A stretch of DNA of 64,000 nucleotides from Fidelibacterota bacterium (GTDB lineage: Bacteria > Fidelibacterota > Marinisomatia > SCGC-AAA003-L08 > D37C17): NCBI GenBank assembly GCA_030747125.1, contig JASLLI010000001.1, positions 75,143 through 139,142 of the forward strand, given 5' to 3'. A model generated the notes under the pieces. The model was given only the letters and a program-made list of their open reading frames with translations. It did no database searches and was not told the origin of the DNA. The translations under genes and the position numbers were made by a program. Positions within the stretch are counted from its first letter, which is position 1; each line of letters begins with the position of its first letter. Below are positions 20,501-29,142 of the stretch, one piece after another.

Positions 20501-21383
20501 AGTCACTTATAATACCATCTAATTCTATAGACTCCAATTCGACATCACTGTATTCTAAATTGCCCTTAATTTTACATGTATTTCCCCTTATTCCCTTTTG
20601 AATTGAGATATCTACATCAAATATATTCAATGAGTCAGAGCCATAGGGATACTGAAAATATTCTAATTGAAGATTCCCGATTGAGTTAAATGGATCATCC
20701 ATTATATAATTTCCGCTAATGGCACCTTTAATCCAGGAAGATTCTACATTCAGAGTATTGAACGAAAATTGGCTTTTATCCCAAATGATTTCACCATGGG
20801 TAATGAAAATGGGAGAAGATAATTGAGGTGAAGATAATTCTGATGGTTGAATATTCATTGTGATTCTATCTGAATACTGTAAAGCTATTTTCCCAGCAAT
20901 ATTAATCATATTGCCCTCGTTCAAGACTGTGAGTTTGTTGGAATGCAGTAGTTGTATATCAAAATCCCAGGATGATTTAATTGCTTTTGGTGTTGTTTTT
21001 GACTTTCCTGTCCTCCCTTTTAACTGTTGGTTCAAATCCAGAAATGCGTTTTGTAATCGCACTTCAGACATTGATAGAGAACCCATGAATATTTTAGATA
21101 AATCAGGGTCTATATAAACAGATTGAGCTGAAAAATAGACATTGGTATCCTGATACATGGTAAAAGATGTCAGGGTGAAACCCTGAACAAAATTTCCCTC
21201 AATGCTCCCTATATCAATTTCAGATGCATGGATAATATTTAATTTATTCTTTATGGTATTTTCGATATCTTCAATAAAATATTCAGGCCGTAATAAAAAT
21301 ACTGTTACTACTGATACCGTGAAAACGGAAAGCAGCAGGAATAATTTTAAGAACCATTTTCCTGTTTTACTGATTGTCTTCAT
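17550..21383 (-). CDS. tamB: Translocation and assembly module protein TamB-like (DUF490 C-terminus)
   Basis: 1277 aa. N-terminal TM anchor, long beta-rich body, and a DUF490-like C-terminus (...KLVLGKQLSNRIYINTQFDL...). Its stop shares one nucleotide with the downstream Omp85 start (TAATG). Confidence 0.8.
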   Translation of the reverse strand: MKTISKTGKWFLKLFLLLSVFTVSVVTVFLLRPEYFIEDIENTIKNKLNIIHASEIDIGSIEGNFVQGFTLTSFTMYQDTNVYFSAQSVYIDPDLSKIFMGSLSMSEVRLQNAFLDLNQQLKGRTGKSKTTPKAIKSSWDFDIQLLHSNKLTVLNEGNMINIAGKIALQYSDRITMNIQPSELSSPQLSSPIFITHGEIIWDKSQFSFNTLNVESSWIKGAISGNYIMDDPFNSIGNLQLEYFQYPYGSDSLNIFDVDISIQKGIRGNTCKIKGNLEYSDVELESIELDGIISDSNFIISSTSLIYNGNKLNLNGEIDLETFHWNAGVHLFKYPVVDRGYINGKLHFKTSNDGEAIIGNVNLVDSVIDSLHFSQITGPLTIRDHLISSEGLQFYSDGINGIIQIPSYKSESEFSATGNIFFDNIKRVPYFPELNYNINKGESEFTWKQSKELSEINGSVSLYKGAFLNNSFNSLHSNFDFALSDSNHTTQLSVDMLDWHYAHYNWDSLRIDLLLLDSKPVHLKLSAESQTGDSLAFIAERRDSDAIYVNKLSGQLKQKNLFASPFYITELEDYFHFPTVKLHFAESEIIFSGDYRNIQSYDLSLQVKNLFLDDFYTVVGKKLRIEGILSQGNIDIEVNDELKNPHPLFFSTFLFTNGKIDDISFTKLSLSNSYRNRRFLLNNIALETELGNLEGSGWFNLGLENFKVSSKNEDNFDLSFAFDNMDVVKFNRYLPWGFENRGMMTGTLEISGNVSSPVIAGNFSITDPGFDLISGNKLSGKIYYKNNKLDFRNLSLITENGRYSGFGYIPMDLNMILAERKDISNNSMDFVFTGTTRKFEFLTPYFTMIDSMTYTPVFKDSLKNYSLRLELTGSLKQPVRNGNAVIRNASIYIDPINEPITDINGVFTLRNNHLFVDKLIGNISLPEEPVLAKIPILSSITQFIKDKEPERKNNISLSGSMDLEEFFNPDFALHLTGENVSLSSSYGVFTGKGDMDISVTGKDTILISGAFIPAPYDFTLTSLDTAEDYVVSESYTSRIVSYDLHIPIQEGIMIETDNINMLLDGDITITKEGDGDYNYSGKADIIGGKFYDNQGNVFQNTYGNILLSPINNIPYIDIHAQTTVDENVIDVSFIGYTDNPVLIFDSQDYTQTEILKILTFGNREGFDKPEQAGNFLSNYFENEIEKNITRYSNLDEFQLTSKRGSLLKNLEGDDDIDLKLVLGKQLSNRIYINTQFDLNNIDNSQYEATYRLNQNTAIVGGLDENNKWHLSYRIKYYY

Positions 21384-21439
21384 TTCAATTTATTAGGGTA
21401 TTTCATTAATCGCTTCTAAGTAAATTAGTTCCCCTCATA

Positions 21440-22048
21440 TTAATTAAAATAATAGGTAACTAAAAAGAATGACCCAAACAACAGAACCACAAAAACAATA
21501 GAGAGAATATTAAAATATTTGTCAATGACACTTTTTACTTTTTCTCCAAACTTATTAATTAATATTGCAACAATAAAGAATCGGGCACCCCGGCTAACTA
21601 TAGAAGCACCAATAAACATCGGCAGCGAAATTGAAAATGCTCCTGCTGATATTGTAAATACTTTGTAGGGTATTGGAGTAAATCCGGCTGTAAAAACAAT
21701 GGCGAATCCATATAGATCATATTTATTTTTAATATTGAAAAAGACTTCCTCGGTAAATCCAGGAATATGTTGATAAAAGAATATTGCAATTTCACTAAAA
21801 CTGCTGCCATTCCACCAAAGATAATGTCCTATGCAATAACCAATGAATCCACCTATTATACTACCAATGGTACAGATTGAAGCAAAATGTAATGCTTTTT
21901 TCTGATTTCCAACTGCCAATGCAATGAGCAGGACATCAGGCGGAATTGGGAAAAAGGTTGCTTCAGCAAGTGCAAGAAAAAATAACATAGAACCAGCATG
22001 TTGTGAACTACCCCAGCTCAGCACCCAATTGTACATTCTTTTTAACAT
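21440..22048 (-). CDS. DedA-superfamily membrane protein, YqaA-like
   Basis: The ORF-track start at 22072 is TTG. The ATG at 22048 has GGGAG 4 nt upstream. LALAEATFFPIPPDVLLIALAV motif. Polytopic. Confidence 0.8.
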   Translation of the reverse strand: MLKRMYNWVLSWGSSQHAGSMLFFLALAEATFFPIPPDVLLIALAVGNQKKALHFASICTIGSIIGGFIGYCIGHYLWWNGSSFSEIAIFFYQHIPGFTEEVFFNIKNKYDLYGFAIVFTAGFTPIPYKVFTISAGAFSISLPMFIGASIVSRGARFFIVAILINKFGEKVKSVIDKYFNILSIVFVVLLFGSFFLVTYYFN

Positions 22049-22704
22049 TTTACTCCCATTTTCATAAAACAACTTCGAATGATTAACCTGATAAATTTAA
22101 ATGTATCCAGAATATTATTAATTGAACTGCTTTCATTTTGATAAAGGGTAGTAATGGGTATAGGAGCAAACTTTTCTCCTTCCATAGCCAAATTTAAAAG
22201 AACTTCAGTCTCAAATTGAAAGCCCTGTTCTTTATAATGATGTTTTAATGTTTTTTCTAAATGGTAGCGTCTGTATCCACATTGAGAATCAAGTACTGAT
22301 TTCCTTGAAATTAATGAAATGAGCAGAGAAGTTAATTTATTGGAAAATCTACGGTGTATTGGCATATCTTTATGAAACTCTCGTTTACCATACACTAAAG
22401 CTGTCTCAGGTTTTATCCTTAAAAATTCCTTAATAAAAACTGGATCATGCTGTGCATCTGCATCTAAAGTGACTGCATGAGTATATCCTGCATTCAATGC
22501 ATGATTTAACCCGGTTAAAAGGGCATTCCCCTTCCCCATATTTTTCTCATTGCGAAGAATTGTATGAGAGACATGTTTTATGGGTGGCATGGAACCATCA
22601 TCAACGATTAGAATTGGGAAATCTGTTACAGATTCCACTGTTTTTAATAAATGAGGGAATAATTTAGGCGGATTAAACGCTGGAATCAGAATGACCGGAT
22701 TCAA
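22042..22704 (-). CDS. Glycosyltransferase family 2 protein
   Basis: 220 aa. ILIVDDGS and LDADAQHDP (DxD) GT-A motifs. No TM segment seen. Confidence 0.8.
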   Translation of the reverse strand: MNPVILIPAFNPPKLFPHLLKTVESVTDFPILIVDDGSMPPIKHVSHTILRNEKNMGKGNALLTGLNHALNAGYTHAVTLDADAQHDPVFIKEFLRIKPETALVYGKREFHKDMPIHRRFSNKLTSLLISLISRKSVLDSQCGYRRYHLEKTLKHHYKEQGFQFETEVLLNLAMEGEKFAPIPITTLYQNESSSINNILDTFKFIRLIIRSCFMKMGVKC

Positions 22705-22775
22705 AAATATATAATATTTGAATTGTAAGAATAAAAAAACTCCATTTCATTTTGAGAAACAGAGCTTTACTGCTG

Positions 22776-22849
22776 TCGGAACGAGAGGATTTGAACCTCC
22801 GACCCCTTGAACCCCATTCAAGTGCGCTACCGGACTGCGCCACGTCCCG
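22776..22849 (-). tRNA. tRNA-Pro (anticodon GGG)
   Basis: Hand-folded 74-nt cloverleaf CGGGACG/CGTTCCG, D arm GCGC...GCGC, anticodon loop ATGGGGT, T loop GGAGGTTCAAATCCTCT. No encoded CCA. Confidence 0.9.
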
Positions 22850-22918
22850 ATATTAATTTTCAGCAAATATCAATGGGGAAAATTAACCAGTATTTAGGGA
22901 GAGATTACAGGAGTTTTA

Positions 22919-23302
22919 TTAATCTTTAAACTGCTCAATAATTTTAATAAGTTCACCCAAACCTTTTCTCATGTCTTTCAAAGTATCCAGATCCATTTTA
23001 TTACTTATCTTTATGATTTTGTTTGCTGAAATAGTTTTATTCACAGCTTGCTGTTTAGGAGGTTCTTTTAAATATTGCTTTGCGCCTTTAATAGTGAATT
23101 TACGTTCATATAATAAGGATTTAATTTCCATAATTAAATCAATATCGCTTGAACGGTACGTTCTGTTGCCAGCGCGGTTTTTTGTAGGCTTTAATTGAGA
23201 AAATTCAGTCTCCCAATAACGCAGTACATATTGCTTCAATCCTGTAACTTCACTGACTTCGCTGATTGAATAGTATAATTTCTTAAATTCTCTTGCTTCC
23301 AT
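22919..23302 (-). CDS. MerR-family transcriptional regulator
   Basis: 127 aa. N-terminal wHTH YSISEVSEVTGLKQYVLRYWETEF...RTYRSSDI. Confidence 0.85.
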   Translation of the reverse strand: MEAREFKKLYYSISEVSEVTGLKQYVLRYWETEFSQLKPTKNRAGNRTYRSSDIDLIMEIKSLLYERKFTIKGAKQYLKEPPKQQAVNKTISANKIIKISNKMDLDTLKDMRKGLGELIKIIEQFKD

Positions 23303-23610
23303 AATATATCAATTAAATAAATTGATTAAAGTAGTGCTTTAACTTAATCATACAATGAGTTTCAATCAAAGGATTTCTTTTACTGAAATGGTTGATTTAA
23401 CTATTCCTTCCAAACCGTTGTGTTTAAGAATTAGATACGCTTACTCAATTACTGATTTGTATCTATCATTTAAAGAAAAGGAATGTGGGATTTTGATTGC
23501 CAGAAAATCTTATCATTTTTCGAACAGATATTTCCTGCTGGTGAAATTATTCAGGAGATAGAAATATTAGCTCTAAGTGGAAAGGTGAAGAAATCCTGTA
23601 ATTGGTGAGG

Positions 23611-24747
23611 TTATTGATGCACTAAAATATTTTTATTTAATGCTATTGCAGGAGGAGTGTATTCTAAATTGAAGGCTTTTGCCACTCCTTTATGGGTAAG
23701 CAATTCTTTATAAATATTCAGTCCTTTAAGCAGGGCATCATTGGATTGTAGTGCATCTATACACCCCATTTCAGCTATTTGTTTTACATAGGGATAAGTA
23801 GCATTCGCTAATGCAATGGTTGAAGTAAATGGAACTGATCCAGGCATATTTGCTACGCAATAGTGAATAATTCCGTCAACTTCATAGGTAGGTTGAGTAT
23901 GGGTTGTGGGTTTGCAGGTTTCAACACATCCTCCCTGATCTACTGCTACATCAACAATGACTGATCCTTTCTGCATGAGTGATAGAAGGTCTCTTGTTAC
24001 CAAATTTGGTGCTTTAGCACCTACAACCAGGACTGCTCCAATTAACAAATCAGTTTTAGGGAGCAGATCCTGAATAGTATGGCTGTTTGAATAAAGAGTG
24101 AAAACATTGGAGGGCATAATATCATCAAGATATTTTAACCTGGAAGCATCAATATCTAAAATATATACCTTGGCTCCAAGCCCTGCAGCAAGTTTAGCAG
24201 AGTTCATACCTACAACCCCGCCGCCAAGAATGGTAACGGTAGCCGGTTCGACTCCGGGTACTCCACTGAGAAGTTTTCCAATCCCCCCCATATTCCCCTC
24301 GAGGCATTTAGCACCATTTTGAACTGCCATTCTGCCAGCAACCTCGCTCATAGGAATTAATAGAGGTAATTGATTATCTTCGGTTTGTACCGTTTCATAG
24401 GCAATAGATATAGAGCCGGTATCCGCCATACCCCGCGTTAGTTCTTCGCTGGCTGCAAAATGAAAGTATGTAAAAACTACCTGATCTTCTCTGATGAGGT
24501 TATATTCCTCTGGTTGAGGTTCTTTTACTTTTACAATCATATCTGCATGAGCAAAAACTTCCTCAGGAGATTCTACAATTTTCGCACCAGCTTTAAGATA
24601 ATCATTATCAACAAAACCACTGCCTGTACCGGCATTAGATTGTACAATAACCGTGTGCCCTAATCGTGACAAATCTTCCACACCGAAGGGTAGAAGAGAT
24701 ACACGATTCTCATTGTTTTTTATTTCCTTAGGAATACCAATTATCAT
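23611..24747 (-). CDS. ald: Alanine dehydrogenase
   Basis: MIIGIPKEIKNNENRVSL N-terminus and NAD fold ILGGGVVG. The ORF-track start at 24753 is GTG. The ATG at 24747 has GAGG 5 nt upstream. Confidence 0.93.
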   Translation of the reverse strand: MIIGIPKEIKNNENRVSLLPFGVEDLSRLGHTVIVQSNAGTGSGFVDNDYLKAGAKIVESPEEVFAHADMIVKVKEPQPEEYNLIREDQVVFTYFHFAASEELTRGMADTGSISIAYETVQTEDNQLPLLIPMSEVAGRMAVQNGAKCLEGNMGGIGKLLSGVPGVEPATVTILGGGVVGMNSAKLAAGLGAKVYILDIDASRLKYLDDIMPSNVFTLYSNSHTIQDLLPKTDLLIGAVLVVGAKAPNLVTRDLLSLMQKGSVIVDVAVDQGGCVETCKPTTHTQPTYEVDGIIHYCVANMPGSVPFTSTIALANATYPYVKQIAEMGCIDALQSNDALLKGLNIYKELLTHKGVAKAFNLEYTPPAIALNKNILVHQ

Positions 24748-24779
24748 AGGCACCTCATTTGCAGGGAATTTGCTTCAAT

Positions 24780-26906
24780 TTAATGTTTTTGAAACTTCTT
24801 TTTTTTCTTTTCAGGAGGAGTATATCCTTCTGGTTTTTCTATTAAAGCTTTCATGCTAAAATCAAGGCGTTTCATTTCATCAATCTTAATGAGTTTCACT
24901 TTCACCTGGTCTCCGATTTTAACAACATCTTCTACTTTTTTCACATGTTCCCAATTCAAAGCAGAGATATGAACCAAACCTTCTTTACCGGGGGCTATTT
25001 TAACAAAGGCTCCAAAGTCCATAATGCGAACGACTTCCGCGTCATAGGATTCACCAACGACTGGCACGAGATTATAAGAATCAAGAATTTTTACTACTTC
25101 GTCGATTTTATCCTGATCCTGTCCCATAACCACGCACATGCCATCGTCTTCAACTGAAATTTCACATTCGTACTGTTCACATACATTTTTGATATTCTTG
25201 CCGCCTGGCCCAATGAAATCACCGATTCTGTCCACAGGGATAGAAGCTTGACCAATCTTCGGAGCATAAATTGAGAGTCTGTCACGATGTGCTTCTAATT
25301 CACTCTTCATTTCATTTAGAATATGAATTCGACCTTCTTTTGCTTGCTGAAGGGCTTCCCGCATAAGATCAATGGGCAGACCTTCAATTTTCAAATCCAT
25401 TTGGATTGCAGTGATACCATCTTCAGAACCTGCTACCTTAAAGTCCATATCTCCCAGGTGGTCTTCCGTACCCAGAATGTCAGTTAAGATGGCATAATTG
25501 TTATCATCTTCCATTACCAGCCCCATTGCTACTCCTGCAATAGGAGTTTTTACCGGAACACCTGCGTCCATAAGAGCCAATGAGGAACCACATACTGTAG
25601 CCATAGAGGAAGATCCGTTAGATTCCAGCACTTCAGAAACAAGCCTGATAGTATAGGGAAAATGCTCAAATTCCGGCAGAGAGGGAATGATGGCTCTTTC
25701 TGCTAGATTGCCATGTCCTATTTCGCGCCTGCTTACAGAAAATTTAGGTTTTGCTTCTCCAACACTGAAAGGTGGAAAATTATAATGCAGAATATGCTTT
25801 TTATAAGACAAACCTTCAATATTATCCAGCATCTGTTCATCTCTTTTTGAGCCTAGGGTAGTTACAACAAGTGCCTGTGTTTCACCACGGGTGAACAAGG
25901 CAGACCCATGAGTTCTAGGAAGAACAGAAGTTTCAATGTCAATCTTCCTTACTGTTGTTGTGTCTCTACCATCAGCACGGGTACCTGCCAGAGTTTTGGC
26001 ACGGAGATCTGCTGTTATGGCATCATCAATGATGTGAGCAATCATTCCGCCATCTTCAGGATATTCTTCTTCAAGCTGAGATATTATATCTGATTTGAAT
26101 TCACGAATATCTCCATAACGATCAGCTTTATTCTTAGGGTCATTTAATGAACTGATTTTGCCCTCAATGAGCGTATGTACTTTATCATGCAGTTCCTGGT
26201 TAATTTCAGGTTCTGTAATCTCTCGTTTGGTTTTTCCACATTCTGCTACCATTTCTTCCTGCAAGGCAATAATATCTTTAATAGCCTCATGCCCGTATTG
26301 AATGGCAGTTAGAAAATCATCTTCAGAAATAAAGTTAGCTTCACCTTCCACCATGACGATTGAGTCTTTAGTTCCGGATATGATAATTTCCATATCACTT
26401 TCTTCTTTTACAGAATTTAGCGGATTTATGACAAATTCACCATTTATTCTGCCAACAGCAACAGAAGCTACCGGCCCGGCCCAGGGAATGTCTGAAATTG
26501 CCAAAGAGGCAGATGCTCCTATGGTACCTAATATATTCCCATCATTTTCACCATCAAAAGACAATACATTGATTGCCACTTGAGTCTCGTTTTTGAATCC
26601 CTTGGGAAATAAGGGGCGTAATGGCCTGTCAGTTAATCGTGCCCCAATGATTTCTTTTTCTGAAGGACGAGCTTCACGTTTAAAAAATCCACCGGGAATT
26701 TTACCTGACGCGTAAAATTTTTCCCTGTAGTCCACTGATAAGGGGAAAAATCCCCGATCCGGTTCATCACCCGTTCCAGAAGTACTGGTAACTAATACTA
26801 CAGTATCTCCGTAGGTAACTAATACTGATCCGCTAGCTTGCTTAGCTAAGCGGCCAGATTCTAATGTCAGGGTTCTTCCTGACAATTCTATACTTTTCTT
26901 ATTCAT
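24780..26906 (-). CDS. pnp: Polyribonucleotide nucleotidyltransferase (PNPase)
   Basis: 708 aa. Two RNase PH domains, then KH and S1 (GLVHISAL). Confidence 0.97.
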   Translation of the reverse strand: MNKKSIELSGRTLTLESGRLAKQASGSVLVTYGDTVVLVTSTSGTGDEPDRGFFPLSVDYREKFYASGKIPGGFFKREARPSEKEIIGARLTDRPLRPLFPKGFKNETQVAINVLSFDGENDGNILGTIGASASLAISDIPWAGPVASVAVGRINGEFVINPLNSVKEESDMEIIISGTKDSIVMVEGEANFISEDDFLTAIQYGHEAIKDIIALQEEMVAECGKTKREITEPEINQELHDKVHTLIEGKISSLNDPKNKADRYGDIREFKSDIISQLEEEYPEDGGMIAHIIDDAITADLRAKTLAGTRADGRDTTTVRKIDIETSVLPRTHGSALFTRGETQALVVTTLGSKRDEQMLDNIEGLSYKKHILHYNFPPFSVGEAKPKFSVSRREIGHGNLAERAIIPSLPEFEHFPYTIRLVSEVLESNGSSSMATVCGSSLALMDAGVPVKTPIAGVAMGLVMEDDNNYAILTDILGTEDHLGDMDFKVAGSEDGITAIQMDLKIEGLPIDLMREALQQAKEGRIHILNEMKSELEAHRDRLSIYAPKIGQASIPVDRIGDFIGPGGKNIKNVCEQYECEISVEDDGMCVVMGQDQDKIDEVVKILDSYNLVPVVGESYDAEVVRIMDFGAFVKIAPGKEGLVHISALNWEHVKKVEDVVKIGDQVKVKLIKIDEMKRLDFSMKALIEKPEGYTPPEKKKKKFQKH

Positions 26907-26920
26907 CTTTATCCTTTTTT

Positions 26921-27190
26921 CTATTTACGAATTTTTAATGTTTCTAAAACATTTTTATAACTTTCCAGATTGGTTTTACGCAGATAATGCAATAATCTCC
27001 GTCTTTTAGATACGAGAATCACCAGTCCTCTTCTGCCACTATGATCTTTTTTATTCTTTTTTAAGTGGTCAGTAATATTTCTGATCCGCTCTGTTAGAAC
27101 GGCAATCTGTGTTTCAGTTGCGCCTGTATCTCCATCATTTTTACCAAATTCTTTGGTTAGTTCTTCAACTCTTTCTTTTGTTACTGACAT
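26921..27190 (-). CDS. rpsO: 30S ribosomal protein S15
   Basis: 89 aa. GDTGATETQIAVLTERI...HLKKNKKDHSGRRGL. Confidence 0.97.
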   Translation of the reverse strand: MSVTKERVEELTKEFGKNDGDTGATETQIAVLTERIRNITDHLKKNKKDHSGRRGLVILVSKRRRLLHYLRKTNLESYKNVLETLKIRK

Positions 27191-27219
27191 TTTATCGTTC
27201 TCCTTATGTCTTCATTACT

Positions 27220-28146
27220 TTACAATGATAAACATACCTGCCTGTCTAAGTTGAGTTGTGAAATTAACTCATCTGCAGAGGTATATTTTTTTTCTTCTCT
27301 AATAAATTGTTTAAAATGGAGGATGATTGATTTATTATATAATTGGTAAGTATTTTCACCAAAAATATGTACTTCAATAGTTAAACCACCATTATCATAA
27401 AATGTGGGACGCTTTCCAATATTGCACATTCCCTGATATCTTAGTCCGTCAACTTCTGCATCTACACAATAAACCCCCATTTTTGGTACTAATTGTGTCT
27501 CAGAATCAATGTTGATATTAGCGGTGGGGAAATCTAATATTTTTCCTAATTGTGCTCCTTTTACCACAACCCCTTTCAATTCATATTCTCTACCCAGCAT
27601 TGCATTCGCATCTTCAATTTTACCCTCTTTTAATAAATGCCTTATTCCCGTGCTGCTAATAGTAGATTCATTTACAGAAATTGGCTCAATGACATGCAAA
27701 ACATAACCATATTCTTTCTGGCAAGATAAGAGAAATTGGCTGTTACCATCTTGATTTTTACCAAAATGATGATCATATCCAATAATAATATCCAAGGGAT
27801 TAAAATATTTAATAAGATACTCTTTCAAAAAAGTACCAGCAGTAATTTGTGCAAATGAAAAATCAAATGGAATAAGCCATACATAATCAATTCCTTCCTG
27901 TTGAAGGATTTCTAACTTTTTCTCTGTGGTAATAAGTTGCTGTTTTTCATGAAATGCAGGGGTTAAAACTGTTTTTGGATGCGGATCAAATGAAATGACA
28001 ACAGACGGCACAGATTTTTTATTTGCAAAAGACAATACCTGCCTGATGACAGATTTATGCCCTTTATGCAGGCCGTCAAATGACCCGATTGTCACTACGG
28101 AATTACTGAATTGTTTTACTTCTTCTAAATTCTTGCAGATAACCAT
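27220..28146 (-). CDS. ribF: Bifunctional riboflavin kinase / FMN adenylyltransferase
   Basis: 308 aa. VTIGSFDGLHKGH motif and C-terminal kinase GFPTANI-like FPTANINI. Confidence 0.94.
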   Translation of the reverse strand: MVICKNLEEVKQFSNSVVTIGSFDGLHKGHKSVIRQVLSFANKKSVPSVVISFDPHPKTVLTPAFHEKQQLITTEKKLEILQQEGIDYVWLIPFDFSFAQITAGTFLKEYLIKYFNPLDIIIGYDHHFGKNQDGNSQFLLSCQKEYGYVLHVIEPISVNESTISSTGIRHLLKEGKIEDANAMLGREYELKGVVVKGAQLGKILDFPTANINIDSETQLVPKMGVYCVDAEVDGLRYQGMCNIGKRPTFYDNGGLTIEVHIFGENTYQLYNKSIILHFKQFIREEKKYTSADELISQLNLDRQVCLSL

Positions 28147-28784
28147 GATGAAAATTTATCTGGTGTAAAACAATTAGTTCTGTTAAACTCACCTATACGG
28201 GTTCGCTGTAAAGTCTGGACATATCCTGTGGTGTCTAATGCTTCAGCAATATCTTTAGCAAGAGATCGAATATAGGTTCCCCTCCCACAATTTACTTTGA
28301 TGGTAATTGATTTGGGTGAATAATCTAACAGGGAAATATCAATAATATTTACTCTTCGTTTTTCTCTGGAAATTTCAACCCCTTTTCTGGCATATATATA
28401 TAACGGTTTCCCGTTTTTCTTTAATGCTGAATACATAGGAGGTATTTGTAAATACCCTCCAATAAAATTCTTAAATGAATCCTCAATAACTTTTTTACTC
28501 AACCTTGGGACAGGAGATATTTTTATTACTTTTCCTGTTGAATCAAGCGTATCTGTTTCACTGCCTAATGTTATAACAGCAATGTATTCTTTTTCTTTAT
28601 CCATATAGGATTCAACTTTTTTGGTATAGGTGCCTGCACACAGCATAAGGACTCCTTCAGCAAATGGGTCTAAGGTACCTGCGTGACCAACTTTTGCCGG
28701 TTTTATTTGTCCCCTGATCTTTTTTACCACATCAAAGGAGGTCCAATCTACTGGCTTCCAAATGGGAATGACTGCATTAATCAT
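28125..28784 (-). CDS. truB: tRNA pseudouridine(55) synthase
   Basis: 219 aa. KVGHAGTLDPFAEGVLML catalytic Asp motif. Confidence 0.94.
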   Translation of the reverse strand: MINAVIPIWKPVDWTSFDVVKKIRGQIKPAKVGHAGTLDPFAEGVLMLCAGTYTKKVESYMDKEKEYIAVITLGSETDTLDSTGKVIKISPVPRLSKKVIEDSFKNFIGGYLQIPPMYSALKKNGKPLYIYARKGVEISREKRRVNIIDISLLDYSPKSITIKVNCGRGTYIRSLAKDIAEALDTTGYVQTLQRTRIGEFNRTNCFTPDKFSSWLSARI

Positions 28785-29142
28785 CTTTATGGATTTTTTC
28801 GATGAGGTTGTCTATGTGTTCAGCTTGTTCAAGAGTGTCATCATAAAAAAAGCGAAATTGGGGTGTATATTTCAGCGCTAATTTTTCACTCACTAAATGA
28901 CGAATATGTTGTTTTTTCACTTTTAAGATGGTTAACAGATCCTTCTTTGGAATTTTATTCTCAAGAAAACTCACAAATACTTTTGCAAGCTTCAAATCTT
29001 CCGTCACTTTAACCTGGGTTACGGTTAATAATCCGGCTTCAGGAATGAAAATGTCCGTAATGAAGATATTCCCCAGAATATGTCGGATTTCATCTCCTAC
29101 CCTGTCGTTCCGCTTGAAAGGTTTATTGGTGAAAGAATCTAT
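28777..29142 (-). CDS. rbfA: Ribosome-binding factor A (non-canonical ATA start inferred)
   Basis: The ORF-track fragment (from the GTG at 29007) lacks the conserved RbfA N-terminus. The same frame is open upstream to a TAA and encodes ...KPFKRNDRVGDEIRHILGNIFITD... There is no ATG, GTG or TTG upstream of 29007. The ATA at 29142-29140 lies 6 nt after AAGGAG. Confidence 0.7.
   Translation of the reverse strand: MDSFTNKPFKRNDRVGDEIRHILGNIFITDIFIPEAGLLTVTQVKVTEDLKLAKVFVSFLENKIPKKDLLTILKVKKQHIRHLVSEKLALKYTPQFRFFYDDTLEQAEHIDNLIEKIHKDD

Noticed and set aside
22705-22918. tRNA-Pro (and likewise tRNA-Arg at 33882-33955 and tRNA-Leu at 61053-61136) as a genomic-island integration site
   Set aside because: There is no integrase, no partial tRNA 3'-end duplication that I could spot, and the flanking genes are ordinary envelope or housekeeping genes on the same strand.
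23355-23561. 68-aa plus-strand ORF in the ald-merR spacer
   Set aside because: It has no SD, an odd composition and no family resemblance, and it would be only the second plus-strand gene in 64 kb. I treat the region as non-coding but flag the spacer itself as a finding.
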